Shown here: piece after piece, positions 28,149 to 37,555 of the stretch | How positions within the stretch are numbered: the stretch's first letter is position 1 | How the letters are laid out: each line of letters begins with the position of its first letter | Origin: Chlamydiia bacterium | Lineage (GTDB): Bacteria > Chlamydiota > Chlamydiia > Chlamydiales > RGXB01 | NCBI GenBank assembly: GCA_040382515.1 | Contig: JBEIFH010000004.1 | Location: 2,470-66,469, forward strand | Direction: 5' to 3' | DNA: 64,000 nt | The notes under the pieces: model-generated | Told to the model about the DNA's origin: nothing | What the model saw: only the letters and a program-made list of their open reading frames with translations | Database searches by the model: none | Made by a program: the position numbers and the translations under genes

Positions 28149-31100
28149 CTACTCTGTTTTTAAAATATTTCTTATAGTTTCTTGCAGGACTTGGTTGATG
28201 GAAGGCTCCCATCCAAGTCCGTATTTGTAGATAGTATTAGCCGCTATATAAGAGGCTATGATCGCTTTTTTATGGACATCAGGGATGTTTTTAAGGATTC
28301 TGTCACTGTGCTTTCTTAGTTCGGGCAGACAATGTTGTAAAAGGCACAAATTCAGAGGATCCTCTAGAGAATGGGAGAGTTCCAAGGGGAGGAGGTAATC
28401 AAGAATCTGGTAACACAAAGAGTTGATTTTAGCAGCTATCAGGTCTGAGGCTTGGGCGTAATCAACTTGAAACTCTTGGTGGGCTTTAAGGATCAGGCGG
28501 GTCTCTTTTTTTGCAATCGATTCGATAAAATGTAAAATCTGTTCCACGATCTGTTTTTTAGATTCAAGAAATTCCTCATCAGTGAGCACAAGCCCGCAAA
28601 GGACCTCAAAACTTGAGCAGACCACCCCCCCTTTATTTGCGGAGCTGTCTTTGATGATGATCACCCCTTTTTGTTCCAAGCTATGGCGTGCCTCTGCTGT
28701 GAGGTACAAGTTTGCCCCTTCAATAATTGCCCTGGCGGTGGGAACCCCATGCTCATCGCAAAAATCGTGCACGTTTGCTTGCTGTATCGTTCGTGGTCTT
28801 CCACCTGCCGGAATAAAAATGTCAGCAGGGACTTTCATGAGATTCATCCGAAAAAGGTGGGAGGCCTCCGAAGCCGGGATGAAAGTTTCGATGATCTTCC
28901 CATTTTCTTTACGTATGAAGAGTTGGTGATCCTTGATCCCTACCAACTCTTTTTTGGTGGTGATATCAAGAAGGAAAGAGCCTTCAGAGAGGAGCTCTTT
29001 CGGATAAAATTTGATCCCCAACCCTTTTTCAAAAAGACGTACAAGGGCGCTATGATCCAACCCTTCAAGATCACGAATGGTTCCGGTGCCATCTGTGATT
29101 GCAATGATTTTTGCAGTTTTTGGAAATTCTTTATGCAGTAAAAGGAGCTCATTTCCGGCCACATCCCCGTCAGGACCCCCCGAGATTTTTACAGAAAAAG
29201 AAGTTTTATGGGGGTGCATTTGCAATGTTTCCATCACAACCTTTAGTGCGGTATGCACTCCATAGGAGGTAATCCCGAATTCTTTGTGATTGATCCCTAA
29301 AAGGGGCTTTGAGGAGATGAATGCTTTCCTAGGCTTGTAACCGACTTTGTCGGACATCTCTGCGATCCAGTCAATCATACTGTTGTGCATATTTTCGTCG
29401 GGCCCAAGATAGATGTACTCGGGTTTTTTGTAATAATCGATCACATTCTTCGCTTTGAGTCCCCCATCTTCATGGCAATTGATGAGTGTCAGAAAACTAT
29501 GGATGCAGGCTCTTTGGGATTCATAAATGATCTTCCATCGAAAATCTTGCTGAAATTTTTGTAAATCTTCTTTTTTAGAAAGATTCCCCGATTTGATCTG
29601 GTAATCCGTTTCCTCTTGCAATTGGGGATGGATATTACAAAAAATAATCGCCTTAGAGCCCCCCTCGGGGATATCTTTATTTTTCTTTTGCTGCGTGTAG
29701 GCAAGGTTGTAGCACTCAAAAAAAACGTTATTGACCTCCCAGCTTGTCTGCTCTTTCGGCAAAGCTACGGTGCGCAGCCCACCTCGTGAAAGATCTTTGA
29801 AGCGGATCTGAAATCCGATAAAATTTCTATTTGTAAAATAGAAAATTCCAAAGGGTAGTTCAGGAAATTTTTGGGAGCGGTCGTAGGGGGTGAAATTCAA
29901 AATATTCGGATCGATTCTAAAAGATAAAGCACACCGATTTTCTCTATAGAAATTTGTCTTTAGGCAATATTCAGTAAAGAGGATGAATGTTTTAAGCACG
30001 TTTTTACGGCGCGTATCAATAACCTGGTTACCTGAATCAATTTTTACAATTTCTTGCAAAAGATGGTTTTTTTCTTCTTCGTAGTGGGCATGCCTGAGAT
30101 TTTCCGGATCGAATTTGTGTTGAAATAGATGGATGATGCGGGCGGTGTACTCGGGATGACGATGGGCCGCCTCCTCAATATGTTCTATAGAGTAGACATT
30201 ACTGTCGGCATAGACTAGAAACTGGTGCGTGAAACCGATCATCGCTCTCAATAGATGCGTATGATTTGCGGTAAGTAAAGAGGAATCTACAAAGGTGGTT
30301 TCAAAAGAATCCCTGTAGTTTCCAAACTTCAGATAGCAAAGCTCTCTTAAGAAATCTTCCCGATCGAATTTTTCAGAACCTTTCTTTAAGAAAAGATGCA
30401 TCACAAGAAGATCGTCGTTCTCTTTAAGGGGGATAAAATTTGCGGAAAAATTATCAATGGTGAGATGGTGCCGTTTGCAAAGTTCTGCTAAATTTTCTAA
30501 AAAATGGTTTTTCGGGACGTTTTTCCAGGCGAAAAAAAGCTTGAGGTGATCATCTAGATAAAATTGGAGATGGTCTCTTAAAAGGGCTCTTGCAATGAGG
30601 TGGAAAAGCTCCTCGGTTTCCGAACTGTTCATCCCCTGCAGCACTTTTGAGGAGAGCGCGTCATGCACATGGTAAAGTTCCATCGGGGCCAATTCAGGAT
30701 AGTGGACGAGAATTTGGGATAAAAAATCCCGCTCCAAGGTGAGATCCCCCTTTTGCTGATGCATTTTAGGGGCGTGCTTTAAAAGAGCGACATAGAGCTT
30801 TTTATTTAGGTTTGGGGCCTCAACTGTCGAAAGGTAGGATTCGTAGCTTTGGATTGCCAGGTAATTGGCTTTCTGGAAAATTTTCAGGTCAATGTGAGGC
30901 TCTTCAGTTGCTATCGCCAATGAAAAATCTTTAAAATGGGACAGAATAAAATTTCCCTGCCTAGATAGATCCGTCAAACAGTGGGCTACTTCTATCGGGG
31001 TTTCTTTGGGGCTGTCTTTGAAAAAAGAGGGGGGCATATGGCTTCGCAGCCAATCATAATTTTTCTTAAGTAGTTGAATATGATCTTCAATTGAGTCCAT
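28149..31100 (-). CDS. large NAD-specific glutamate dehydrogenase (GDH2-like, about 110-kDa class)
   Basis: 983 aa. The central/C-terminal catalytic region has GGPDGDVAGNE, IPAGGRP, IEGANLYLT and KDSSANKGGVVCSSFEV, characteristic of large NAD-GDHs. Confidence 0.8.
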   Translation of the reverse strand: MDSIEDHIQLLKKNYDWLRSHMPPSFFKDSPKETPIEVAHCLTDLSRQGNFILSHFKDFSLAIATEEPHIDLKIFQKANYLAIQSYESYLSTVEAPNLNKKLYVALLKHAPKMHQQKGDLTLERDFLSQILVHYPELAPMELYHVHDALSSKVLQGMNSSETEELFHLIARALLRDHLQFYLDDHLKLFFAWKNVPKNHFLENLAELCKRHHLTIDNFSANFIPLKENDDLLVMHLFLKKGSEKFDREDFLRELCYLKFGNYRDSFETTFVDSSLLTANHTHLLRAMIGFTHQFLVYADSNVYSIEHIEEAAHRHPEYTARIIHLFQHKFDPENLRHAHYEEEKNHLLQEIVKIDSGNQVIDTRRKNVLKTFILFTEYCLKTNFYRENRCALSFRIDPNILNFTPYDRSQKFPELPFGIFYFTNRNFIGFQIRFKDLSRGGLRTVALPKEQTSWEVNNVFFECYNLAYTQQKKNKDIPEGGSKAIIFCNIHPQLQEETDYQIKSGNLSKKEDLQKFQQDFRWKIIYESQRACIHSFLTLINCHEDGGLKAKNVIDYYKKPEYIYLGPDENMHNSMIDWIAEMSDKVGYKPRKAFISSKPLLGINHKEFGITSYGVHTALKVVMETLQMHPHKTSFSVKISGGPDGDVAGNELLLLHKEFPKTAKIIAITDGTGTIRDLEGLDHSALVRLFEKGLGIKFYPKELLSEGSFLLDITTKKELVGIKDHQLFIRKENGKIIETFIPASEASHLFRMNLMKVPADIFIPAGGRPRTIQQANVHDFCDEHGVPTARAIIEGANLYLTAEARHSLEQKGVIIIKDSSANKGGVVCSSFEVLCGLVLTDEEFLESKKQIVEQILHFIESIAKKETRLILKAHQEFQVDYAQASDLIAAKINSLCYQILDYLLPLELSHSLEDPLNLCLLQHCLPELRKHSDRILKNIPDVHKKAIIASYIAANTIYKYGLGWEPSINQVLQETIRNILKTE

Positions 31101-31199
31101 GAAATGCGGCCCCTAAACCACTTGGCACCTTAGATCCCCTATATAGTATAAGAATAGATTAAAATCAAAAAAATTATTAATTTTTTAAACGGCAGGAGG

Positions 31200-33104
31200 C
31201 TATTTCCATCTCAAAAGACGTAAGCTGTTAAGCCCGACTATAACGGTGCCCCCTTCATGAAGAATTACGGCGAGCCAGAGCGGGATCAGCCCTAAAAGGG
31301 AAGGGGTTGTCGCTAAAAGGATGACCGAAAGGGCAATCGTAAGATTTTGGCGGACAATTTTTTGGGTTTTACGTGCTTGACGGACGATTTGGGGGATCAA
31401 GTTCAGATCGTTTTTCATGATCACAATATCGGCAGCCTCGACGGCTGTTTGGGAGGAGATGCCGGTGCCGACGGCGATACCGCAAGAGGAGCGTACAAGG
31501 GCGGGACCGTCGTTGATACCGTCTCCTGTCATAGCGCAATTTCCCAAACGGGAAAGCTCGGCGATTTTTTCGAGTTTCTCCTCAGGGTTCAGGTCCGCAA
31601 AGATCTCCTCTATTTCCAATCCTAAAAGACGGCCTACGGGCTGAGCTACCTCTCTTCTATCTCCGGTGAGCATGAAAACCCGTCCTATAGCCTTGAGCTC
31701 GTTGATAATTTTGGGCGCTTCGGGTCTGAGCTCATCTTTAAAATGAAAAACGGCCTCTTCTTTGTCGATTTTCAAAATTGTGACGACTTCCTCAGTGAGG
31801 TGCTCTCTTTCAGATCTTCCGATGAAAACCTCGTGCCACTCATTCCCTAATTGGACACTTCCTTGCACCCCTTTACCCGCAATCACCTGCACCTCTTTCG
31901 TGGGCAAATCGGGGGCATGCTTCAGCTCTGCAAAAAGGACTATGGCCCTGGCGATGGGGTGCGTCGCATTTTTTTCAAGACTTGCTGCTATGGATAAAAT
32001 AGTATCCAAGGAGTGTTTGGTGTGGTTGTCGATCCTAGTACAGGAGAGTCCCCCTGTTGTGAGGGTCCCTGTCTTGTCAAAAAGGAAATACTTGCAGCGG
32101 CTCAAGGCGTCTAGAGATGTCCCCCCTTTTGGCAAAACTCCATGACGGGCGCTTGCGCTCAATGAGCTTAAATACGCTGTGGGGGTTGCAATAATCAAAG
32201 CACAGGGGGAGGCAGCTATCAAAAATGCGAGCGCCCGATAAATGGAGCCTTCGATTCCTAAAAAGGCGACCCCAAAAAGGGGTAGAGCAAGGGCAAAAAA
32301 TAGAGATAAACCGATGATCGATTTGGCGTAGATTCCGCTGAACTGATCCAAAAAAACCTGAATTTTGGGTTTGGCATGCTGCGCCTGTGTGATCAGTTCT
32401 ATGATTTTAGCTAATGTAGATTGGCTGCTGGGTTTATATACCTCAAGATAGAGGGGAGAATCGATCAATAAAGATCCGGCCACCACAATATCGCCTACAG
32501 TTTTTGAAACGGGGATACTTTCACCTGTGATATGAGATATATTAATAAACGAGGAACCTTCAACAATTTTAGCATCGAGGGGAACAATCTCTCCAACGGG
32601 AACGAAGATTTTAGTCCCGACAGCAATCTCCTGGACAGCCTTTTGAAACCGGGTGTTGTCGGGTTGCACAACAATAGCCACTGAAGGGACCAAGGAGTTC
32701 AGATGACTGAGGGCGCTTTTAGTTTTTCGGTCCACCATCTCCTCCATCGCTTCGGACAAGGCAAACAGGACAAGCAGAAGCCCACCCTCATGTTCTGCAC
32801 CGATGCAAACCGACATAAGGGCTGCCAATGTCATCAAAACGTCGATGTTTATGATGGAATTTTTTATATCTTTTATCGTCTGTATAAGTGCCGGAGTACC
32901 CGATAAAAAATAGACAAATCCTAAGAACAGTATAGAGATGTTGTCGAGCCATAAAGTAAGATAGGATAGGGCCAGGAATAGTCCGGACAAAATAGAAATT
33001 TTGAGCGAAAGATCTTTCCCCGTTTTTCTGGAGTCGGGTTTTAAGAAGGGATTTTCTGACTCTTCAAGATCTTTTGCAAAAAAATCATCATAGGAAAAAC
33101 TCAT
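31200..33104 (-). CDS. heavy-metal P1B-type ATPase (SPC motif, no N-terminal metal-binding domain; P1B-4-like)
   Basis: DKTGTLT, TGES, ASPCALIIATP, HPIARAI, TGDGINDGPAL. 634 aa with a short N-terminus lacking CxxC. Confidence 0.88.
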   Translation of the reverse strand: MSFSYDDFFAKDLEESENPFLKPDSRKTGKDLSLKISILSGLFLALSYLTLWLDNISILFLGFVYFLSGTPALIQTIKDIKNSIINIDVLMTLAALMSVCIGAEHEGGLLLVLFALSEAMEEMVDRKTKSALSHLNSLVPSVAIVVQPDNTRFQKAVQEIAVGTKIFVPVGEIVPLDAKIVEGSSFINISHITGESIPVSKTVGDIVVAGSLLIDSPLYLEVYKPSSQSTLAKIIELITQAQHAKPKIQVFLDQFSGIYAKSIIGLSLFFALALPLFGVAFLGIEGSIYRALAFLIAASPCALIIATPTAYLSSLSASARHGVLPKGGTSLDALSRCKYFLFDKTGTLTTGGLSCTRIDNHTKHSLDTILSIAASLEKNATHPIARAIVLFAELKHAPDLPTKEVQVIAGKGVQGSVQLGNEWHEVFIGRSEREHLTEEVVTILKIDKEEAVFHFKDELRPEAPKIINELKAIGRVFMLTGDRREVAQPVGRLLGLEIEEIFADLNPEEKLEKIAELSRLGNCAMTGDGINDGPALVRSSCGIAVGTGISSQTAVEAADIVIMKNDLNLIPQIVRQARKTQKIVRQNLTIALSVILLATTPSLLGLIPLWLAVILHEGGTVIVGLNSLRLLRWK

Positions 33105-33877
33105 GTGCCCATCAATCTCTCAAAAAAAGGGTTGAGAAGTTTTTGCAACTCGTAGGTGCATAACAAGACTAAAAAGACCAAACTTAGAGACCAGGTGTTG
33201 AATGCTATAAACGATCTTTTTTGGGGTAAAATGGAGACGGACGTTGCGATTAGGAAAAGGATAAAGACGGCTCCAAAAAAAACAAAAGGGGAAAAAAAAG
33301 TGGCAATAAACAGGGGGATCGAAGCGGCTAGACTGCCGCTAAAGGCCCCTAAACCCTGTTTTAAAGGGTGCTCATACTCCTCAAGGCGCAAACCCAGCTC
33401 CTCTTCAAGCATAACCGTTAAAAGCCGATTCTCATCCGCCATAAGAACCTGGATCACTTGATCCAGCAAAGGGGGTTCAAATCCTTTTGCCCTGTAAATT
33501 TCCATCAGCTCTTTTTGTTCTGTTTCTCTGGAGTTTTGGATTTCTAAACGCTCCTCAACAATGAGCTGGTTCAAACGATTCAATCGTGACCAACCTAGAA
33601 AGGAGGCTCTGCCGGTCTTCCATATGCAGAGGATGATTCCAAAAATGGGTATTGCTTTTGGGGCGATTAAAAAAAGGATCGAAAGGTAGATCGTGGTCTC
33701 TTTGATCGAGTCACAAGCGGCATTTAAAAATCCGGAAAGTTCAAGCCCATGAATTTGTTCGCTTGCCCTGGCCCCTTTTTCTCTTGCTTCCTTAAGGTGC
33801 TCAGGTACCGTTTTCCCTTTGAAGTGGTCAACATCGGGTTCCAATTTAGGGGTGTAGTTGTCATGAGATTTGCACAT
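33101..33877 (-). CDS. VIT1/CCC1-family (Fe2+/Mn2+) transporter
   Basis: ELMEIYRAKGFEPPLLDQVIQVLMADENRLLTVMLEEELGL plus flanking TM segments fits the VIT1 family layout. The stop overlaps the ATPase start (ATGA). Confidence 0.7.
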   Translation of the reverse strand: MCKSHDNYTPKLEPDVDHFKGKTVPEHLKEAREKGARASEQIHGLELSGFLNAACDSIKETTIYLSILFLIAPKAIPIFGIILCIWKTGRASFLGWSRLNRLNQLIVEERLEIQNSRETEQKELMEIYRAKGFEPPLLDQVIQVLMADENRLLTVMLEEELGLRLEEYEHPLKQGLGAFSGSLAASIPLFIATFFSPFVFFGAVFILFLIATSVSILPQKRSFIAFNTWSLSLVFLVLLCTYELQKLLNPFFERLMGT

Positions 33878-35093
33878 AAAGCTCCTTGATGAATCTTACA
33901 AGCGCTTCTAGATCTTTGACGTGTAGAGATTCCCTTGCAGAGTGCATCGATTGGATTGCTATCCCGACATCGAGGGTAGGAATACCGTAGCGCACAGCAA
34001 CATGCGGGCCTATGGTCGAACCGGACGGTTTTCCTGTCAACGGGGCAAAAAATTGGTGCGGAATCGATTTTTTCTTCATGATTTTAAGAATGTTTGCCTC
34101 CAATTCGATATTGTAAGCGTAATGCAAAGAGTGATTGCGCTTGATTACAATCCCTTTGCCCAGCTCTAATCGGTGGTTGGCGTGAAATTTTTGATCATGT
34201 CCATCTACAAACGCATGGGCAACATCAACGGAATAAAAAGCGCTTCTATCCTTGATTTTTAAAAAATCGAGGCGTCCGATACCGCTCATCAAACAAATTT
34301 GCTCCAATAAGTCTATCACAAACGGGGATTCGGCCCCCTCAATAGACATCGATCCGGTCTCCTCGTCGTTGTAGAACAAGGCTCCGATCAGAGCCGATTT
34401 ATGGGGCTTAACAGCTCCGATCGCCTCCATGGCTGCAAAGGCAGAGCACATATTGTCCAAACGATAGGAGGAAAAAATTTGGTGGTCCAGGCCGGTGAGT
34501 GCTCCGGGCTGGGAGGGTGTGAGGTAAAGATCAAACGCGAGGACGCTTTTTTCTTTCAAAAGTTTTGCCAAGCTCACCTCTTTCTCTTCGCTTGTCAAAA
34601 ACGGGAGTAGCTCTTTTGTCGGATCGAAGGCATGTTTTTCGTTTTTTTCACGGTCAATATGGATCGGACAGTTGGGTATCGAGAACAGGTGGCTGTCAAG
34701 CCTGACGTTTTTTTCCCCTTTATCGGTCACAATTTTTCCCGAAAGCAAAAGGTCTCTGTCGAGCCAGGAGGTATACATGATCCCCCCGGAGCGGTCGACA
34801 TCAAAGTAGATCCGATCCCCTTTTTTGATGAAGGGTTTTGCATTCAGTTTTAAGGCAGGGCTATCAATATGGGTGCCAACAAGGCGGAAACTTTCTATGG
34901 GGTTTATGGGCAAGATAAATGCAAAACAGAACCCACCCTTTTTAAGAAAATATTTTTTTCCGGGCTTCAAATCTTTTTGAGAAAAGAGTTTGAATTCTGT
35001 AAACCCCAGCGACTCGCGAATTGCTTCCACAGCATGATAGGGATCGGGGGAGCGCTGGATGAGCGCATCAAGCTTTTTATGTAATGGTACCAT
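33861..35093 (-). CDS. M18-family (aspartyl) aminopeptidase
   Basis: VGTHIDSPALKL, FYNDEETGS, IQSMHSARE. Confidence 0.8.
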   Translation of the reverse strand: MVPLHKKLDALIQRSPDPYHAVEAIRESLGFTEFKLFSQKDLKPGKKYFLKKGGFCFAFILPINPIESFRLVGTHIDSPALKLNAKPFIKKGDRIYFDVDRSGGIMYTSWLDRDLLLSGKIVTDKGEKNVRLDSHLFSIPNCPIHIDREKNEKHAFDPTKELLPFLTSEEKEVSLAKLLKEKSVLAFDLYLTPSQPGALTGLDHQIFSSYRLDNMCSAFAAMEAIGAVKPHKSALIGALFYNDEETGSMSIEGAESPFVIDLLEQICLMSGIGRLDFLKIKDRSAFYSVDVAHAFVDGHDQKFHANHRLELGKGIVIKRNHSLHYAYNIELEANILKIMKKKSIPHQFFAPLTGKPSGSTIGPHVAVRYGIPTLDVGIAIQSMHSARESLHVKDLEALVRFIKELYVQIS

Positions 35094-36363
35094 CAGCCCT
35101 TATTACCTCAAATCCCACCCTTTTTGCAAGCTTTTGCGGGAGGTGTATGGAGCCATCCTCTTTTTGGTTAGACTCGAGTATGGCAACCATCAAACGGGAT
35201 GTTGCAAGACCGGAGGCATTTAGGGTATGCACGAAGTCTAGACTCCCATCTTTTTTTCGGTAACGGATGTTGGAGCGGCGCGCCTGGTAACAAGAACAGT
35301 TTGAAGCCGAAGAGACCTCGTAGTAACGATTTTGTCCATGGAGCCATACCTCAATATCGACCGTCTTTGCTGCTGCAAAAGACATATCGTCGGAACAAAG
35401 GAGCATGTCTCTATAGTGCAGTTCGAGTGTCTCTAAAACTTCATGCGCGGATGCAATCATTTTTTCATGCACTTGAGGGCTTGTGTCGTGTGTCGTTAAA
35501 GCGAAAAGCTCCACTTTGTAAAATTGGTGTGTGCGGATCAGGCCCCGCTCATTCGATCCTGCAGCACCCGCCTCACGCCGAAAGCAGGGTGTGAGCGATG
35601 TCAAAAGAACCGGCAAGTCCTTCTCTTCAATAATTTCGTCTCTATAGAGACTGTTGATCGGAACTTCAGAGGTTGGAATAAGGTAGAGATGGAAATCCTC
35701 GTCTTTGAGCTTGAAGAGCTGGTTCTCAAACTTGGGAAGCTGACCGGACGCATACATCGTTTCCGGCCTTACAAGCAAAGGCATCATGCGGAGGTGAAAT
35801 CCGTTTTTTTGATGCGTTTCTAACATCAGGTTCCATAGGGCCAGCTCAATTTTTGAAGCAGCATGGTTGTAAATCGGAAAGCCCCGTCCGGAAATCTTCC
35901 CCCCTCGCTCAAAATCAAATAGACCGAGAGAATCGGAAAGTTCAACATGGTTTTTGAAAGGGAAACCTAACTCTTTTTTTTCCTGGAATCGGTGGATCTC
36001 AACGTTATCGGCGGCAGAAGAACCGAAAGGGACTTCGCTGAATGGGAGGTTGGGGAGTTCGCTAAGGAGCTTATCGACAGTTTCATGCAACTCGGTCTGT
36101 TGCTTGGCTAGCTCGGCCTCTTGCTGTTTGATCGCCCCCATCCGTTCAAGCTCGGAGCTGCAATCTCCGTTTTTCCCCTTTTTGATTCCGACCTCTTTGG
36201 CCAATCGATTTTTTTCAGCACGCAAGTTTTCAAGTCTTGGTGTGATCGACTGCCATTCTTTATCTGCTTCAATAAGACGTGTCAGATCAATTTTGGGATC
36301 TTTCATGCGGAGTCGTTTCTGGACAACTTCGGGTTCCTTACGGATGAGTTTGATATCTAGCAT
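35077..36363 (-). CDS. serS: seryl-tRNA synthetase
   Basis: MLDIKLIRKEPEVV start (ATG at 36363; the ORF is open to 36474, but the extension is not SerS-like). Class II motifs FRREAGAAG, RTHQFYKVE, LNASGLATSR. Confidence 0.95.
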   Translation of the reverse strand: MLDIKLIRKEPEVVQKRLRMKDPKIDLTRLIEADKEWQSITPRLENLRAEKNRLAKEVGIKKGKNGDCSSELERMGAIKQQEAELAKQQTELHETVDKLLSELPNLPFSEVPFGSSAADNVEIHRFQEKKELGFPFKNHVELSDSLGLFDFERGGKISGRGFPIYNHAASKIELALWNLMLETHQKNGFHLRMMPLLVRPETMYASGQLPKFENQLFKLKDEDFHLYLIPTSEVPINSLYRDEIIEEKDLPVLLTSLTPCFRREAGAAGSNERGLIRTHQFYKVELFALTTHDTSPQVHEKMIASAHEVLETLELHYRDMLLCSDDMSFAAAKTVDIEVWLHGQNRYYEVSSASNCSCYQARRSNIRYRKKDGSLDFVHTLNASGLATSRLMVAILESNQKEDGSIHLPQKLAKRVGFEVIRADGTIT

Positions 36364-36439
36364 AGTTGGGGTAAGTATAGGGGATTGAAATGAAATTTGT
36401 CTACCGATGAAATCAGTAGAAGTGGTATGATCAAGTGTC

Positions 36440-37555
36440 ATGAACGCATACCCAGAACCGCAGTGTCCCATCATTATCCGCTACCATAGGTTGCTTGAGG
36501 CTTTCTCCCGATCGGACGATGAAAGAGATTTTTATCTAGACCGGATCGAAGGGGCCATACTCTACCTTGACTTAGACAAGCCTGAAGAGGAGGTTAAGGA
36601 GGCGGAGAAGGAGCTCTCAGAACACCCAAATAGATACATCCCTGTTCCAAAGCTCACCTATTACGAATCCAAAAAGCTGATGGAGGGGTTTGTAAACGAA
36701 AAAGTTTACGACATCGATACTAAAGAAAAACTTTTAGATATCATCGGTTCCGCAGAAGCTAGAGAAAATTTTCTTGAATTTGTTTTTGATCATCTCACCG
36801 AGTTAGACAAGTGGCAACAGTTCTATCTCGAGCGTTTTAAGATTAGAATTATTGAGTGGTTATGCAAACACCGGATCCTTTTTACTTTTGAAGAGGATTT
36901 AGAAATTCCAAAGAACCTGCTTGAGAAGGCAAAGCTGCATCTTTTTGATGTGAAGGTTCCCAAAGATGTTGCTCAAGCCAGAGAGATCATCAACATCAAG
37001 GCCGCCAGCTACCAGTCGGCTGACAGCTATGTCCAGAAGCCTAGACGAGGGCGCCCGCCAAAAGCGCTCCCCAAGGTCGAGACAGAACCGCAATTTACCA
37101 TAGATATTTTCAAGACTTGCCCCTCAACTATTCGCCCTTTCCTCTATCTATCCGACTACAATCCGGATGCGATTTACTTCTCATCAAAATTCCAGCAATC
37201 GCAAGAGCTTAACCAGAGCTTGCGTGGGTTGGAGAGACCGAAGGTAGATTCCCGCCTTGAAATGCTTTCACAGCGACTCGAGTCGTTACGCCATCTTTCG
37301 GGGAAACTGGGGACCATTCCCGGGTTCGATCAGCCACAGGATCGCAAGGTAATCGAAACTTTAAAATTAACGCCAACGATCATCGTCCCGGACGAAAACC
37401 GGATGGCAAAAGTTTTTGGCGGTTCCATTCCAGAGGCTCCCAAGAAAAGGGGAAGGCCACAAAAGGGTGAAACGGAACCTAAGAAAATCCTCGAAAAGAA
37501 AGCGATCGACAAGAGAATCAAGTCAGTAAGCCCAATTCGACTCAAGAAGGGATAA
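36440..37555 (+). CDS. conserved hypothetical protein with two C-terminal AT-hook motifs
   Basis: 371 aa. KPRRGRPPKALPK (about 37042-37080) and PKKRGRPQKGE (about 37441-37473) carry the canonical R-G-R-P AT-hook core. The C-terminus is basic. Confidence 0.7.
   Translation: MNAYPEPQCPIIIRYHRLLEAFSRSDDERDFYLDRIEGAILYLDLDKPEEEVKEAEKELSEHPNRYIPVPKLTYYESKKLMEGFVNEKVYDIDTKEKLLDIIGSAEARENFLEFVFDHLTELDKWQQFYLERFKIRIIEWLCKHRILFTFEEDLEIPKNLLEKAKLHLFDVKVPKDVAQAREIINIKAASYQSADSYVQKPRRGRPPKALPKVETEPQFTIDIFKTCPSTIRPFLYLSDYNPDAIYFSSKFQQSQELNQSLRGLERPKVDSRLEMLSQRLESLRHLSGKLGTIPGFDQPQDRKVIETLKLTPTIIVPDENRMAKVFGGSIPEAPKKRGRPQKGETEPKKILEKKAIDKRIKSVSPIRLKKG

Noticed and set aside
28582-29265. Several 60-156-aa + strand ORFs inside the GDH gene
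   Set aside because: They are antisense to a 983-aa ORF with clear GDH motifs, have no independent signals, and are shadow ORFs.
36364-36474. 37-codon N-terminal extension of serS (MMGHCGSGYAFMTLDHTT...)
   Set aside because: SerS homologs start at MLDIKLIR.. (ATG at 36363). The extension would also overlap the divergent gene starting at 36440.
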